A stretch of DNA of 64,000 nucleotides from contig CAZQAW010000002.1 of assembly GCA_964591445.1 (NCBI GenBank), positions 67,394-131,393 of the forward strand. The letters run 5' to 3'. Positions within the stretch are counted from its first letter, which is position 1. Each line of letters begins with the position of its first letter. Of the stretch, positions 9,278-18,564 are shown in pieces. The position numbers were made by a program, and so were the translations under genes. The notes below the pieces were generated by a model that ran no database searches, had not been told where the DNA came from, and saw only the letters and a program-made list of their open reading frames with translations. The stretch is from an uncultured Candidatus Saccharibacteria bacterium (GTDB lineage: Bacteria; Patescibacteriota; Minisyncoccia; Phycocordibacterales; UBA9973).

Positions 9278-10213
9278 TTAAAGGTGCATAAACAAATACA
9301 AGTTGATCGTATTTATTTTCTCCTCCATTACTACTTCGTTCTGCCAACCGATAGCTACAAGGCCGGAAAAGGCAAACGGTGTCTTTCCAAAATCTTTCGA
9401 TTTGAAATTTTTGATAATCCCCCACTCTCCGCGCGGCCTGTCTCCGCTATTTAAGTTGAAGCCCATATCAGAATAAATATCAAAGCGATTTGTTTTAATC
9501 ACAAAGAAATTTGAAAAGATATAGTCTTTCGGAAGAGCCTCGCCTGCTTTCGGAACTTTTGTGCCGACCGCAATTGTTGTGAAATGCTTGGTGTCGAATT
9601 TCGCAGTAGCGCTCCAGTTATTTTCTTCAACCGAACCGCCCACACTTACGTCTCCAAATTTTATTTTTCCGGCAAGCATCGGATTGTTATTATTCGCGCT
9701 GTTTACTGTTCCGGAAACCGATATTTCAGTAAGGCCTGACACGTAGTTGATCTTCCCACCTGTACGAACTCCGGGAAGAAGTGCTTCGGTAAAAGTTTCG
9801 AACTGCCCGTCTCCGGTTGCCGGATTGGGACGAAATTCTGCAGTAGCGCTTGGCAGATGTCCACCAGAAAGTTTCCATTTTTTGGAAATATTCCACGTAA
9901 GGTACGTTGCAGAAAGCGTGTAAGGATTTCCCACGTTTTCATTGTGGAAAATTCCCCACGCATTAATCGCAAGCGTACGTTTTTTGTTGGTGATTTTCAA
10001 AATTCCACCTGCGCGCACACTTGCCCATTTGTAGAGCGAGCCAGAATCTGCGTTGAATTTTGCGGCAGTAAGCACTCCTGCGTATGGAGTGATTTCCATT
10101 AAAGCTGAAGTATCTTTCAACCCGTCAAATTTTGATGTCGTATCTTGTTCCTGAGCGTTTACATGGATTGCAAGAGTAAGGCAGAGTGCTGCCAAAGCAG
10201 TAAGTTCTTTCAT
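9278..10213 (-). CDS. Signal-peptide protein with outer-membrane beta-barrel (porin-like) character
   Basis: Sec signal ending VNA-Q; alternating amphipathic strands rich in aromatic residues; ends in strand INLYLFMHL; own TTGACA/TGcTATCAT promoter. Confidence 0.6.
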   Translation of the reverse strand: MKELTALAALCLTLAIHVNAQEQDTTSKFDGLKDTSALMEITPYAGVLTAAKFNADSGSLYKWASVRAGGILKITNKKRTLAINAWGIFHNENVGNPYTLSATYLTWNISKKWKLSGGHLPSATAEFRPNPATGDGQFETFTEALLPGVRTGGKINYVSGLTEISVSGTVNSANNNNPMLAGKIKFGDVSVGGSVEENNWSATAKFDTKHFTTIAVGTKVPKAGEALPKDYIFSNFFVIKTNRFDIYSDMGFNLNSGDRPRGEWGIIKNFKSKDFGKTPFAFSGLVAIGWQNEVVMEEKINTINLYLFMHL

Positions 10214-10309
10214 TTTCTTAAGTTTGAATGTTTAATTATATGATAGCATATTTATGTATACTTGTCAAACAAAAAACACCCCACAAGGAGGTGTTTTTTA
10301 GTTAAGAAT

Positions 10310-10822
10310 TTATCTCATCCCGATCAAATATTTTCGGGCGTTTTCTGAGAGGTCCATGAAGTCGTCTGCGGCTTCTTTCAATTTCATTGAAGAAGATTTG
10401 CCGAATGACGCAACTTCGACTTGGATGCCGGCGTTGATCTGCAAATATTCGACAAGCGGAATGAAGTCTCCGTCGCCTGTTACCAAGACGACAGCGTCAA
10501 GCTTGGGTGCCATGGTAATGGCGTCGACTGCAAGACCTACGTCCCAGTCGGCTTTCTTTGCGCCGCCGGAAAAGACTTGCAAATCTTTGGTGCGAGTTTC
10601 GATGCCTATTTTTGTAAGTGCTTCGAAAAAGCTTTTCTCGTCCCCCGCTTCGCTGGTTATCACGTACGCTATCGCGCGCACGAGCTTGCGTCCGGCAAGT
10701 GCGTCTTTGACGATCTGGCCGAAATTTACTTTTCTCTTGTACAAATTCTTTGCACTGTGATAGAGATTTTGCGCGTCGATGAAAATAGCGACACGCTGCT
10801 CTTTATGTTTAATGATACTCAT
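10310..10822 (-). CDS. NYN domain (LabA/DUF88) protein
   Basis: IFIDAQNLY, KKADWDVGLAVD, LVTGDGDF. Confidence 0.93.
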   Translation of the reverse strand: MSIIKHKEQRVAIFIDAQNLYHSAKNLYKRKVNFGQIVKDALAGRKLVRAIAYVITSEAGDEKSFFEALTKIGIETRTKDLQVFSGGAKKADWDVGLAVDAITMAPKLDAVVLVTGDGDFIPLVEYLQINAGIQVEVASFGKSSSMKLKEAADDFMDLSENARKYLIGMR

Positions 10823-10909
10823 ATAAAAAATGACTAACTATTTATTAAAAAATACTTAACAGACTAAGTCTAACACAAAATCCGCCGAGCGGCGGATTTT
10901 GAAAATACT

Positions 10910-11170
10910 TTAAGCTTTTATCTTCTTTACGATCTCGGCATGAGCTTCCTTGTTCTTTCGTTCAAGATATTTCAAATGCTTTCGTCGGTCTGCCACCATC
11001 TTGATGAGTCCGCGGCGAGAGTGGTTGTCCTTCTTGTGCGTCTTCAAATGGCTTGCAAGTTCGTCGATCCGAGCGCTTAGGATACCGATCTGCGCTTGAG
11101 AAGAGCCGGTGTCTTTGTCGTGAATCTGAGACTTTTTGATAACTGCTTGTTTTTTCTTTGTCGTAAGCAT
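10910..11170 (-). CDS. rpsO: 30S ribosomal protein S15
   Basis: HDKDTGSSQAQIGIL...HKKDNHSRRGL; TATTAT-N6-ATG start. Confidence 0.97.
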   Translation of the reverse strand: MLTTKKKQAVIKKSQIHDKDTGSSQAQIGILSARIDELASHLKTHKKDNHSRRGLIKMVADRRKHLKYLERKNKEAHAEIVKKIKA

Positions 11171-11206
11171 GGGCATATAATAGCATACTTATTTGTACAT
11201 TGCAAG

Positions 11207-11318
11207 CCCCTTCTCCTGAGGTAGGAGAAGGTGGCCTTTAGGCCGGATGAGGTATGTGTATAATCCAATACCTCACCCCGAACCTTCGGTCGACCCTCTC
11301 CTACTTTAGGAGAGGGAG
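11207..11318. repeat. 112-bp REPIN-like doublet element, copy 1
   Basis: Two inverted double-hairpin units; exact reverse complement of 26010-26121. Confidence 0.93.
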
Positions 11319-11344
11319 GAATTCAAAAATGCTATACTCTCTAC

Positions 11345-12370
11345 ATGTCACAAATCGACACGCTCAAGCGCCAATTTCTCGAATATTTGGAAATCGAAAA
11401 AGGTTCAAGCATCCGCACGGTAGAAAATTACCAGCGCTATCTCGAGCGTTTTTTTGAACAAGCGAAAATCGCGAATGCTTCTGACATTACCGACGACGCG
11501 GTGCGAGATTTTCGTTTGTGGCTCAACCGCCAATACGCAAAACATCAGAAAAGCAATCGCTTGCCGGGGAACACTATTTCCAAGCGCACGCAAAACTACT
11601 ATATGATCGCGCTCCGCATGTTCCTCAAATTTTTGATGAAACGCGAAATCAAATCTTTGCCAGCAGACCGCATCGAACTTGCAAAAACGACCGAGCGGCA
11701 CCTTGATCTCATTTCCAAAGACGAGCTCAACCGTTTGCTTGCAGCGCCCAAAGGCACCGACTTGAAATCGCTACGCGACAAAGCGATTTTGGAATTACTT
11801 TTTTCTACCGGGCTTCGCGTGTCGGAACTTTGTTCGCTCGGAAGTGATTTGGATGTGAACCGCGACGAATTCTCTATCCGCGGAAAAGGTGGCAAAGTGC
11901 GCGTAGTGTTTCTTTCCGACGATGCAAAAAATGCGGTGCGTGCGTATATGAAAGCCCGCAAAGATATGTCTGAAGCGTTGTTCGTGCAAGTTTCTGATAT
12001 GGAAGGCGGAAAAAAGAAAAAAGAAAAAGAGACACACCTCTCCGTCAGCAAAGCCGACACCTCTCCTTCAAAAGGGGAGGAAAACTTAAAGAAGAAAAAA
12101 AATAAAACTACTCTTGAGGCCGTTGCTCTCACTCGCCGTTCGGTCGAACGTATTGTGAAGCATTATGCAGTCGTTGCAGGCATTTCCAAAAAAGTAACTC
12201 CGCACGTCATCCGTCACAGCTTCGCGACAGATTTGCTGGGCAACGGCGCAGATATCCGCAGTGTGCAAGTCATGCTCGGCCACGCGAACATTGCAACCAC
12301 ACAAATATATACGCATGTCACAGACAGCCAGCTCCGAGAGATCCACAAAAAGTTTCATGGGAAAAAATAA
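11345..12370 (+). CDS. Xer-type tyrosine recombinase
   Basis: LFSTGLRVSEL, TPHVIRHSFAT, LGHANIATTQIYTH. Confidence 0.93.
   Translation: MSQIDTLKRQFLEYLEIEKGSSIRTVENYQRYLERFFEQAKIANASDITDDAVRDFRLWLNRQYAKHQKSNRLPGNTISKRTQNYYMIALRMFLKFLMKREIKSLPADRIELAKTTERHLDLISKDELNRLLAAPKGTDLKSLRDKAILELLFSTGLRVSELCSLGSDLDVNRDEFSIRGKGGKVRVVFLSDDAKNAVRAYMKARKDMSEALFVQVSDMEGGKKKKEKETHLSVSKADTSPSKGEENLKKKKNKTTLEAVALTRRSVERIVKHYAVVAGISKKVTPHVIRHSFATDLLGNGADIRSVQVMLGHANIATTQIYTHVTDSQLREIHKKFHGKK
12032..12084 (+). repeat. REP-like unit inserted in frame in the recombinase
   Basis: ACACACCTCTCCGTCAGCAAAGCCGACACCTCTCCTTCAAAAGGGGAGGAAAA encoding THLSVSKADTSPSKGEEN. Confidence 0.85.
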
Positions 12371-12418
12371 AAAGCAGAACTATACGTTCTGCTTTTTATG
12401 CAGTTATGAAATTTTGGA

Positions 12419-13198
12419 TTAAGCACCTGCTCCTTGCAAATCATCCGCAGGTTTCTCTTCGGTTTTGAAGTAAGGAAGTCCTTCAAAAAAATTGAGAATT
12501 AGAATCCCAGTAATAAATACAAAAGTCATTATTTGTATGGTAAACGGGAATTCTTTAACATAAAACCACCCACCGCCAATCAATAAGAAGTATGCTGTCA
12601 CAACTACACCCAGTCCTTTGTAAACACTACTTCTTAATTCAGTTTCTTGTGCAACAGCCAGAGCTTTTTCTTCTTCGTCTGTGGTTGTGCTAGCTTTTTC
12701 AAGAAATGCGTTACATTTTTTTATGGACCCTTGCAGTTGTATGCCAAACAGAAGCGCTATTATACAATTAAGCGCAAAAAACACTATTGTAGCAGTCAAA
12801 TGTTCGTGTACATCTATAATTGAATGTGAAAAGCATATGCAGACCAACCATAGACTAAGAACAATGATAAGAAGGGGTCGCATTTGTTTTTCAAAAAGAT
12901 AAGGTTGTTTACTCTTACCTGTTCTCTCACCTGCTACCCACAGAGCTAGTCCTAATAGTAGTTTAACGCCTACTCCCAGAATAAAAACAGGATGTGGTTT
13001 AAGCGATCTAAACGGTACCCATTCCGGGTAAAGTACTGCAAAAGGAACAACAATCGCTCCAATGATAATAGAGATAAGGTACAAGAAAATTCTTTTTGTG
13101 TTGTACTCACTGTGCGTAAAGTACAGGTAAACAGTGATTCCGAGGGCTACGAGCGAAATAGTTTCCGCTAGTATGTAAGTGCTTGTGATTTTTTCCAT
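12419..13198 (-). CDS. AT-rich orphan polytopic membrane protein (~7 TM)
   Basis: Hydrophobic ORF; TTGACA-N16-TACAAT promoter; A/C-rich leader; terminator 12369-12397. Confidence 0.75.
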   Translation of the reverse strand: MEKITSTYILAETISLVALGITVYLYFTHSEYNTKRIFLYLISIIIGAIVVPFAVLYPEWVPFRSLKPHPVFILGVGVKLLLGLALWVAGERTGKSKQPYLFEKQMRPLLIIVLSLWLVCICFSHSIIDVHEHLTATIVFFALNCIIALLFGIQLQGSIKKCNAFLEKASTTTDEEEKALAVAQETELRSSVYKGLGVVVTAYFLLIGGGWFYVKEFPFTIQIMTFVFITGILILNFFEGLPYFKTEEKPADDLQGAGA

Positions 13199-13371
13199 AA
13201 TTAACTTCGTTTTGTTTTGTGTGTGATTTTGTTTTGTTGTTTGAATTATTTTGTTTTAAAATGTGCGAAATTCCATTGTACCCAAAACAATAGTTTTGTC
13301 AATTTTGTTTTTGGGTAAAAATAAAAAGCAAACCTACAGAGTTTGCTTTTTAATCATTAAGCAGCTTCAAT

Positions 13372-13509
13372 TTATTCGAGGTATGGCACCTCCCGGGCAC
13401 AAAATTCTTCAGTCTGTTTTCCTTTAGGAGCATCTTCGCTTTTTACAAATGAACCATTCAATGATTCGGCATTCACACCTGTGGTGTGCGGAGAAATAAA
13501 CTTTTTCAT
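13372..13509 (-). CDS. 45-aa small orphan protein
   Basis: MKKFISPHTTGVNAESLNGSFVKSEDAPKGKQTEEFCAREVPYLE; TTGACA-N17-TATAGT promoter; terminator 13323-13351. Confidence 0.55.
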   Translation of the reverse strand: MKKFISPHTTGVNAESLNGSFVKSEDAPKGKQTEEFCAREVPYLE

Positions 13510-13653
13510 CGTATTTTGGTATTTGTTTTCGACTACAGAGTCCCCTGCTGTCGATTCCGGGTAATGTACTTTGTTTGATTACAACTATACTCCTATCGAT
13601 TTTTCGTGTCAAACAAAAAAGTGCATAACTTTGGGGTATGTTATTATGGAAAT

Positions 13654-14427
13654 ATGCGAATCATTTCATGGAACACCAACGGCTTGCGGGCAACCATCAA
13701 GCAAGGACATTTTGAACCAATTTTCGACAAATACGATCCTGACATTTTGTGTTTGCAAGAAACAAAAGCCGAGAAAGATCAGATCGCGGTAGAAATCCAA
13801 AACCATAAAAAATATTTTTCGTTCTTCTCTTCATCAAAAGTAAAAAAGGGTTACAGCGGCGTTGCGATTTTTTCTCGCACGATGCCAGAGAAAGTTGAAT
13901 TCGGTATCGGCATTTCAGAATTCGACGACGAAGGCCGCACGATCATCGGCTACTACAAAGACTTCGTGCTCATCAACTGTTACTTCCCCAACGGTGGCGG
14001 AGGTCCGCACCGGCTTGACTACAAACTGCGATTTTACGATGCGTTTCTTTTGTTTGTCGATAAATTAAAAAAAGAAGGGAAAAATATTATTTTCTGCGGA
14101 GACGTGAATACTGCTCACACACCCATAGATTTGGCTCGTCCAAAAGAAAATGAAGAGAACACCGGTTTCTTGCCGGAAGAGCGCGCGTGGGTGGACGAAG
14201 TTGTTGCGCATGGCTACATCGATATTTTCCGCATGTTCTACCCTTCCAAAAAAGACGTCTACACATATTGGGATCAAAAAACTCGCGCGCGAGAACGCAA
14301 TGTCGGATGGCGCATCGACTATTTCTTCATGAACACAGCCTTTGCAAAAAAAGCTGCAAAGCTTCAAACTTTGGCGGACTATTATGGGTCAGACCATTGC
14401 CCTGTTTTGCTCGATATAAAGCTCTAA
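13654..14427 (+). CDS. xth: Exodeoxyribonuclease III
   Basis: ISWNTNGLRA, LCLQETK, GDVNTAH, GWRIDYF, GSDHCP. Confidence 0.96.
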   Translation: MRIISWNTNGLRATIKQGHFEPIFDKYDPDILCLQETKAEKDQIAVEIQNHKKYFSFFSSSKVKKGYSGVAIFSRTMPEKVEFGIGISEFDDEGRTIIGYYKDFVLINCYFPNGGGGPHRLDYKLRFYDAFLLFVDKLKKEGKNIIFCGDVNTAHTPIDLARPKENEENTGFLPEERAWVDEVVAHGYIDIFRMFYPSKKDVYTYWDQKTRARERNVGWRIDYFFMNTAFAKKAAKLQTLADYYGSDHCPVLLDIKL

Positions 14428-14440
14428 AATGACCCCAAAG

Positions 14441-14483
14441 TTATCCCCAGAAAGCTTGACTTTTGTATTTTTTCTGATATAAT
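14441..14483 (+). promoter_or_regulatory. DnaA-box-like site plus sigma70 promoter
   Basis: TTATCCCCA 14441-14449; TTGACT 14456-14461; TGaTATAAT ending at 14483. Confidence 0.7.
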
Positions 14484-14525
14484 GCATTTAAATAACGTTT
14501 CGTCTCACCTTTAAAAATAAATACT

Positions 14526-15788
14526 ATGAAAAATTTCTTCAAATTGGTAATCACCGCGCTTGTTGCGATCTACCTACTACTTTCTCCTGCCTATAGCCAG
14601 ACTATCGACTCGCTCATTACCGGCTCAAAGCCGGAAAGTGTAAAGTTTGCTGACATAAACAAAGACGGCAAATCAGACATAATCGTCAATGTTGGCATCT
14701 TTATGGATTCATTAAATGACGCCACTGTACAACTTTTTACAAACACAGGAAACAGTTTTCAAAAAACCGTCCTGTCGTATAAAAGACATGCATTAGCAAA
14801 TAGCATGAAGCATTATATTGAAGTGTATGATGTCGACCAGAATACCTGGCCCGATATCGTAGTAAATTGTTATGATTCCCTCGGCATCTTTTTTCAAGAT
14901 TCACTGGGCGGGTTCACCCTTACAACTACTTATGTTGGGGAAGTGGTGGAAAAATTTTCCATTAGTTCGACAGGTCTCATAGTAATGAGCACTCTTAACC
15001 CAAACGTTATTGGCTTACTTGAAGACGGTCTGCCCGTTACATTTATCCCCGTGAGCTTTTCTGCTTACGAGAATGCAACATTCATATCAGACGATGTGTT
15101 TGTGGCAACAGGAGTAAGTGGGGCTGCGAAATATTTCATAAATACTTCGCAGAAAACTATTGATAGCGTTCAGTTGTTTTCCGGTGTAAAAAACTTTTGT
15201 TTCAACACCCAAGGAGACATGATCACCTCTACAAACACTAACGGTGGGGTTGTATATCTCAATGATGGAGATGCTGTGCCTGACTCACTCTTCTCTTTTC
15301 CGTTTGGTTTTGTTCCGGAAGCGATTGAAGTGAAAGGTACAGATATTCTTGCGCTCAAGCAAAATATGCTTTCGGTAAATGGCGTTGTTGATACGTTCGG
15401 CATGTATGGCTTTAGCCAACACATGCAAGCAATTGCAGTCGGTGATGTTACAGGCGATGGTGATCTTGATTACGGCTTCACTTTATGTGACCCCATGTCT
15501 GGTATTAAGGGAATAATCTTTATGAATTCTGGCTGGGGAAATTTTACTTCAGCGGAAAATCAGGAAGTTCAAGCAACTTCCGAAATCAAGATTTATCCTA
15601 ATCCAGCTACGGATTTTGTGAACATAGGCAATATGCCCGCATCTGTGAAAGAAGTTATTCTCTATGATCTGTTGGGCAAAGTTGTACTTTCTAGTACAAG
15701 TGCTACACTGGATGTAAGAGCTTTGCCTGTAGGAAAGTATATAATCCGAATAGGTGAAGTGAGAAAAAAGTTCATAAAAATAAGATAA
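14526..15788 (+). CDS. FG-GAP repeat protein with T9SS type A sorting domain
   Basis: Signal peptide; ADINKDGKSDI and GDVTGDGDLDY; C-terminal IYPNPATD..YDLLGKVV..LPVGKYIIRI..KKFIK. Confidence 0.9.
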   Translation: MKNFFKLVITALVAIYLLLSPAYSQTIDSLITGSKPESVKFADINKDGKSDIIVNVGIFMDSLNDATVQLFTNTGNSFQKTVLSYKRHALANSMKHYIEVYDVDQNTWPDIVVNCYDSLGIFFQDSLGGFTLTTTYVGEVVEKFSISSTGLIVMSTLNPNVIGLLEDGLPVTFIPVSFSAYENATFISDDVFVATGVSGAAKYFINTSQKTIDSVQLFSGVKNFCFNTQGDMITSTNTNGGVVYLNDGDAVPDSLFSFPFGFVPEAIEVKGTDILALKQNMLSVNGVVDTFGMYGFSQHMQAIAVGDVTGDGDLDYGFTLCDPMSGIKGIIFMNSGWGNFTSAENQEVQATSEIKIYPNPATDFVNIGNMPASVKEVILYDLLGKVVLSSTSATLDVRALPVGKYIIRIGEVRKKFIKIR

Positions 15789-15854
15789 GTTTTCATAGGT
15801 TAGTTTAGGTTAGTTACCCCGGCAACTGCGAAGTTCCCGGGGTTTTTTATTTGA

Positions 15855-17405
15855 CTACTTCACCCCGTGCTTCCCGCGGAGTTTTTTTATTTCTTCTTCT
15901 TCTGTCTCTTCTTTCTTTTCTTTTCCTTTTTCTCCCAGCTCTCGCAACTTTTTGTCTTCAAGTTTGTCGAGTTCTAGTGCTCGAGATTTCAAATAGTCAA
16001 TGTTGTTTATCCCCACGTCGCCAAGGCTTTGCGGGGCTGGCGCTTCCAAACATTCTTCAAGCAGTGCGTGAAGAATCCAACCCATACGTGGGCCCGGTTT
16101 GATATTCAATTCTTTGATCAGCACTTCCCCGTTTATTTTCAGCATGCCAACAGAAGTCGGCGCGCGAAGCGCTTCTTCGATCATCGCATGATATTTTCGC
16201 AAGCGATATGGTGCTTCTTTCTTTTTCATCCCAACACGGTCGCATTCGCGGACTTGCATCAAATCCCAAATATGTTCGCGGCCGACGTTTACGATGGTGC
16301 GACGAACAGCCGAAAGCGTAATCGTTTCGGTATCAGAGAAAAACATATGGTAGCGCACGAGCTTTACCACTCTTTCACTCAAGTCTTTTGAAAAGCGAAG
16401 CCGATCCATGATCTTTGCAACCATGCGTGCGCCGACAACTTCGTGCCCATAGAATGTGTACTTCCCTTTTCCGCCAGCTTTTGTGCCGTCCCAGCGGCGA
16501 GTTCGCGGTTTGCCAATATCGTGAAAGAGCGCCGCGAGCCGAATATCGAGCCCCCAGCCTTTTTCTTCTGCGTGGCCAAGCGCGTGAAGCATGTGTTCAA
16601 ACACATCGTAGATGTGCTCCCCTTTTTGGTCGCAGCCAATTCCCTCTTCGAGTTCTGGAATAAAGTGTTTGAGCAATCCAAGTTTCGCAAACATCCCTAC
16701 TCCGGCCATCGGGTTTTGTGATTCAATCGTTTTTGTAAATTCATCGCGAATGCGCTCCATCGAAATGTGTTTCAGTAAGTCTGCATTTTTTGCAATGCTC
16801 GCAATTACTTCTGTGGATAACGCAAAGCCTTGCCCGCCTTTTGGCGCGGTGAGCTGACATGAGAAACGAATGGCTCGCAGCATGCGTAATGCGTCTTCAG
16901 CGAAGCGCACGTCCCCTTCCCCCACCGTTCGCACCACTTTGTCCTTTATGTCTCTTAAACCGTCGTATAAGTCGATTAAACGTCCGTTAGATGGACTATA
17001 AGCTAGTGCGTTGATGGTAAAGTCGCGTCGCATAAGGTCGTCCTTTATATCTTTACTAAAAGTTACTTTGTCTGGATGACGAAAATCGCTATAATCCCCT
17101 TCGCTTCGGTAAGGAGTTACTTCTATGACCTTTAGTTGTGGGCTCACGTCCAATTCTTCATTTATAACAGCCACAGTACCAAAATCGTTTTCGTATACTG
17201 TCTTTGAGAAAAGCGAAATGATCTCTTCAGGGACAGCGTTGGTTGTCACATCCCAATCCTTTGGCTCTTTGCCTAAAATGAGATCGCGCACGCACCCGCC
17301 CACGAGAAAAGCCTCAAACCCAGCTTTTTCTAAAGTTTGTGTTACATGCAAAACTTCTTGCGGAATGCGTGAAGCGTCTATTGTGTTTTCTAAAATATGG
17401 CTCAT
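15855..17405 (-). CDS. cca: CCA tRNA nucleotidyltransferase with HD domain
   Basis: VGGCVRD..KDWDV, RRDFTINA, EDALRMLRAIRF, LFHDIGKP; start placed after the tRNA. Confidence 0.93.
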   Translation of the reverse strand: MSHILENTIDASRIPQEVLHVTQTLEKAGFEAFLVGGCVRDLILGKEPKDWDVTTNAVPEEIISLFSKTVYENDFGTVAVINEELDVSPQLKVIEVTPYRSEGDYSDFRHPDKVTFSKDIKDDLMRRDFTINALAYSPSNGRLIDLYDGLRDIKDKVVRTVGEGDVRFAEDALRMLRAIRFSCQLTAPKGGQGFALSTEVIASIAKNADLLKHISMERIRDEFTKTIESQNPMAGVGMFAKLGLLKHFIPELEEGIGCDQKGEHIYDVFEHMLHALGHAEEKGWGLDIRLAALFHDIGKPRTRRWDGTKAGGKGKYTFYGHEVVGARMVAKIMDRLRFSKDLSERVVKLVRYHMFFSDTETITLSAVRRTIVNVGREHIWDLMQVRECDRVGMKKKEAPYRLRKYHAMIEEALRAPTSVGMLKINGEVLIKELNIKPGPRMGWILHALLEECLEAPAPQSLGDVGINNIDYLKSRALELDKLEDKKLRELGEKGKEKKEETEEEEIKKLRGKHGVK

Positions 17406-17418
17406 GAGCCTGTTATTG

Positions 17419-17490
17419 TGCACTCGGAGGGATTCGAACCCCCAACAACGGTTCCGAAGACCGGTATGATATCCATTTCACCACGAGTGC
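17419..17490 (-). tRNA. tRNA-Arg(TCG)
   Basis: GCACTCG acceptor stem, anticodon loop CTTCGGA, GGTTCGAATCC T arm. Confidence 0.93.
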
Positions 17491-17600
17491 GTTTATTTTT
17501 AATGCACTTCATTATATGTTATTTATCGAAATATGTAAAATATGTGTTTATTTTATTGCACTTTTATTTCAAACATAGTACAATTCACCTACATAAATTT

Positions 17601-17671
17601 GCGGTGTTGGTTTAGTGGTAGAACACGTCCTTGCCAAGGATGAGACAGGAGTTCGATTCTCCTACGCCGCA
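17601..17671 (+). tRNA. tRNA-Gly(GCC)
   Basis: Cloverleaf; loop TTGCCAA. Confidence 0.95.
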
Positions 17672-17844
17672 CATTAGTTTTACTCAATCTATATTAAAAA
17701 AGTCCTTGATGGATGTCTGACCTTTATTCCCCATTTTTACCCATATTTTTCAACAAACTGTGGATAACTATGTGTACATTGGTGATAAAAGACACATTTT
17801 TAGTCTTTTATAGTCAATAAGTCTGAAATTAAGATATATCAGTC

Positions 17845-17883
17845 GCAGCAAAAAATCCTTATTTTATAAGGATTTTTTGCTGC
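17845..17883. repeat. 18-bp-stem AT-rich palindrome
   Basis: GCAGCAAAAAATCCTTAT-TTT-ATAAGGATTTTTTGCTGC. Confidence 0.85.
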
Positions 17884-17927
17884 TTATCCTATAAATCTTG
17901 TCTTTTTTGGCTTTTAACATACTTATA

Positions 17928-18219
17928 TGTTTCACGTGAAACAGTTTCATATGAAACACCACATAAAATCTCGATTTTTGGCATCTTTAGAAAAAATTCA
18001 TGTTTCATATGAAACAATAGCCTTATGCCAAAGGTTTTTACTTCAAAAAGCCAAAAAATAGGGGAGTTGGGTGAAGAAATTGCCTGTAAATATCTTATTT
18101 CTAAAGGATTTAGAGTTTTGGAACGCAATTATACAAAGAAGTGGGGAGAAATAGACATAATTGCAGAACGTGATAGGAAAATCTACTTTATAGAGGTAAA
18201 AGCGGTTTCATGTGTAACA
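17928..18219. other. parS: parS centromere cluster (4 sites)
   Basis: TGTTTCACGTGAAACA 17928-17943 (perfect), AGTTTCATATGAAACA 17943-17958, TGTTTCATATGAAACA 18001-18016, GGTTTCATGTGTAACA 18204-18219. Confidence 0.88.
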
Positions 18220-18480
18220 TTGCCGGAGGTTTCTCAGTCAGACAATACCTCACCCCGGGCCTCTGGCCGACACTCTCCTACCTTAGGAGAGGGAAGAAGC
18301 CTTTTCCGTCCAGAAGAAAACATGCATCCAATGAAAGTCCGCAAGTTCTTAAGGACAATTCAAACGTACTTGATCCAAAGGAAAATAGAAGGGGAGTGGC
18401 AAGCAGATCTGTATTGCGTGTATATCCAGCTTGAAAGCCGCAAGGCAAGGGTGACGAAAATAGAAAACATTATTGGTTGA
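18025..18480 (+). CDS. yraN: YraN family endonuclease
   Basis: GELGEEIACKYL..LERNY..GEIDII..FIEVK. Confidence 0.93.
   Translation: MPKVFTSKSQKIGELGEEIACKYLISKGFRVLERNYTKKWGEIDIIAERDRKIYFIEVKAVSCVTLPEVSQSDNTSPRASGRHSPTLGEGRSLFRPEENMHPMKVRKFLRTIQTYLIQRKIEGEWQADLYCVYIQLESRKARVTKIENIIG
18243..18294 (+). repeat. REP-like unit inserted in frame in yraN
   Basis: CAATACCTCACCCCG-GGCCTCTGGCC-GACACTCTCCTACCTTAGGAGAGGGA matches half of 11207-11318. Confidence 0.88.
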
Positions 18481-18564
18481 CAAAAATATATTTTTGTATA
18501 TAATTTTCTTAAATAATCCAACAAGTAACAAACAAAACAATTAAACTATTTAAACTTTGACACA

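Noticed and set aside
14526-15788. Bacteroidota contamination or chimeric contig
   Set aside because: Host-like genes alternate singly with CPR genes, often share bidirectional terminators with them and use TTGACA/TATAAT promoters. Read mapping is still needed for proof.
11345-15850. Integron (integrase plus gene cassettes)
   Set aside because: The recombinase is Xer-like and its insert is a DNA repeat. I see no attC-like sites, and the orphans have their own promoters and are dispersed.
18478-18480. TGA recoding (genetic code 25)
   Set aside because: Long core genes are uninterrupted under code 11 and yraN ends at TGA at the expected length
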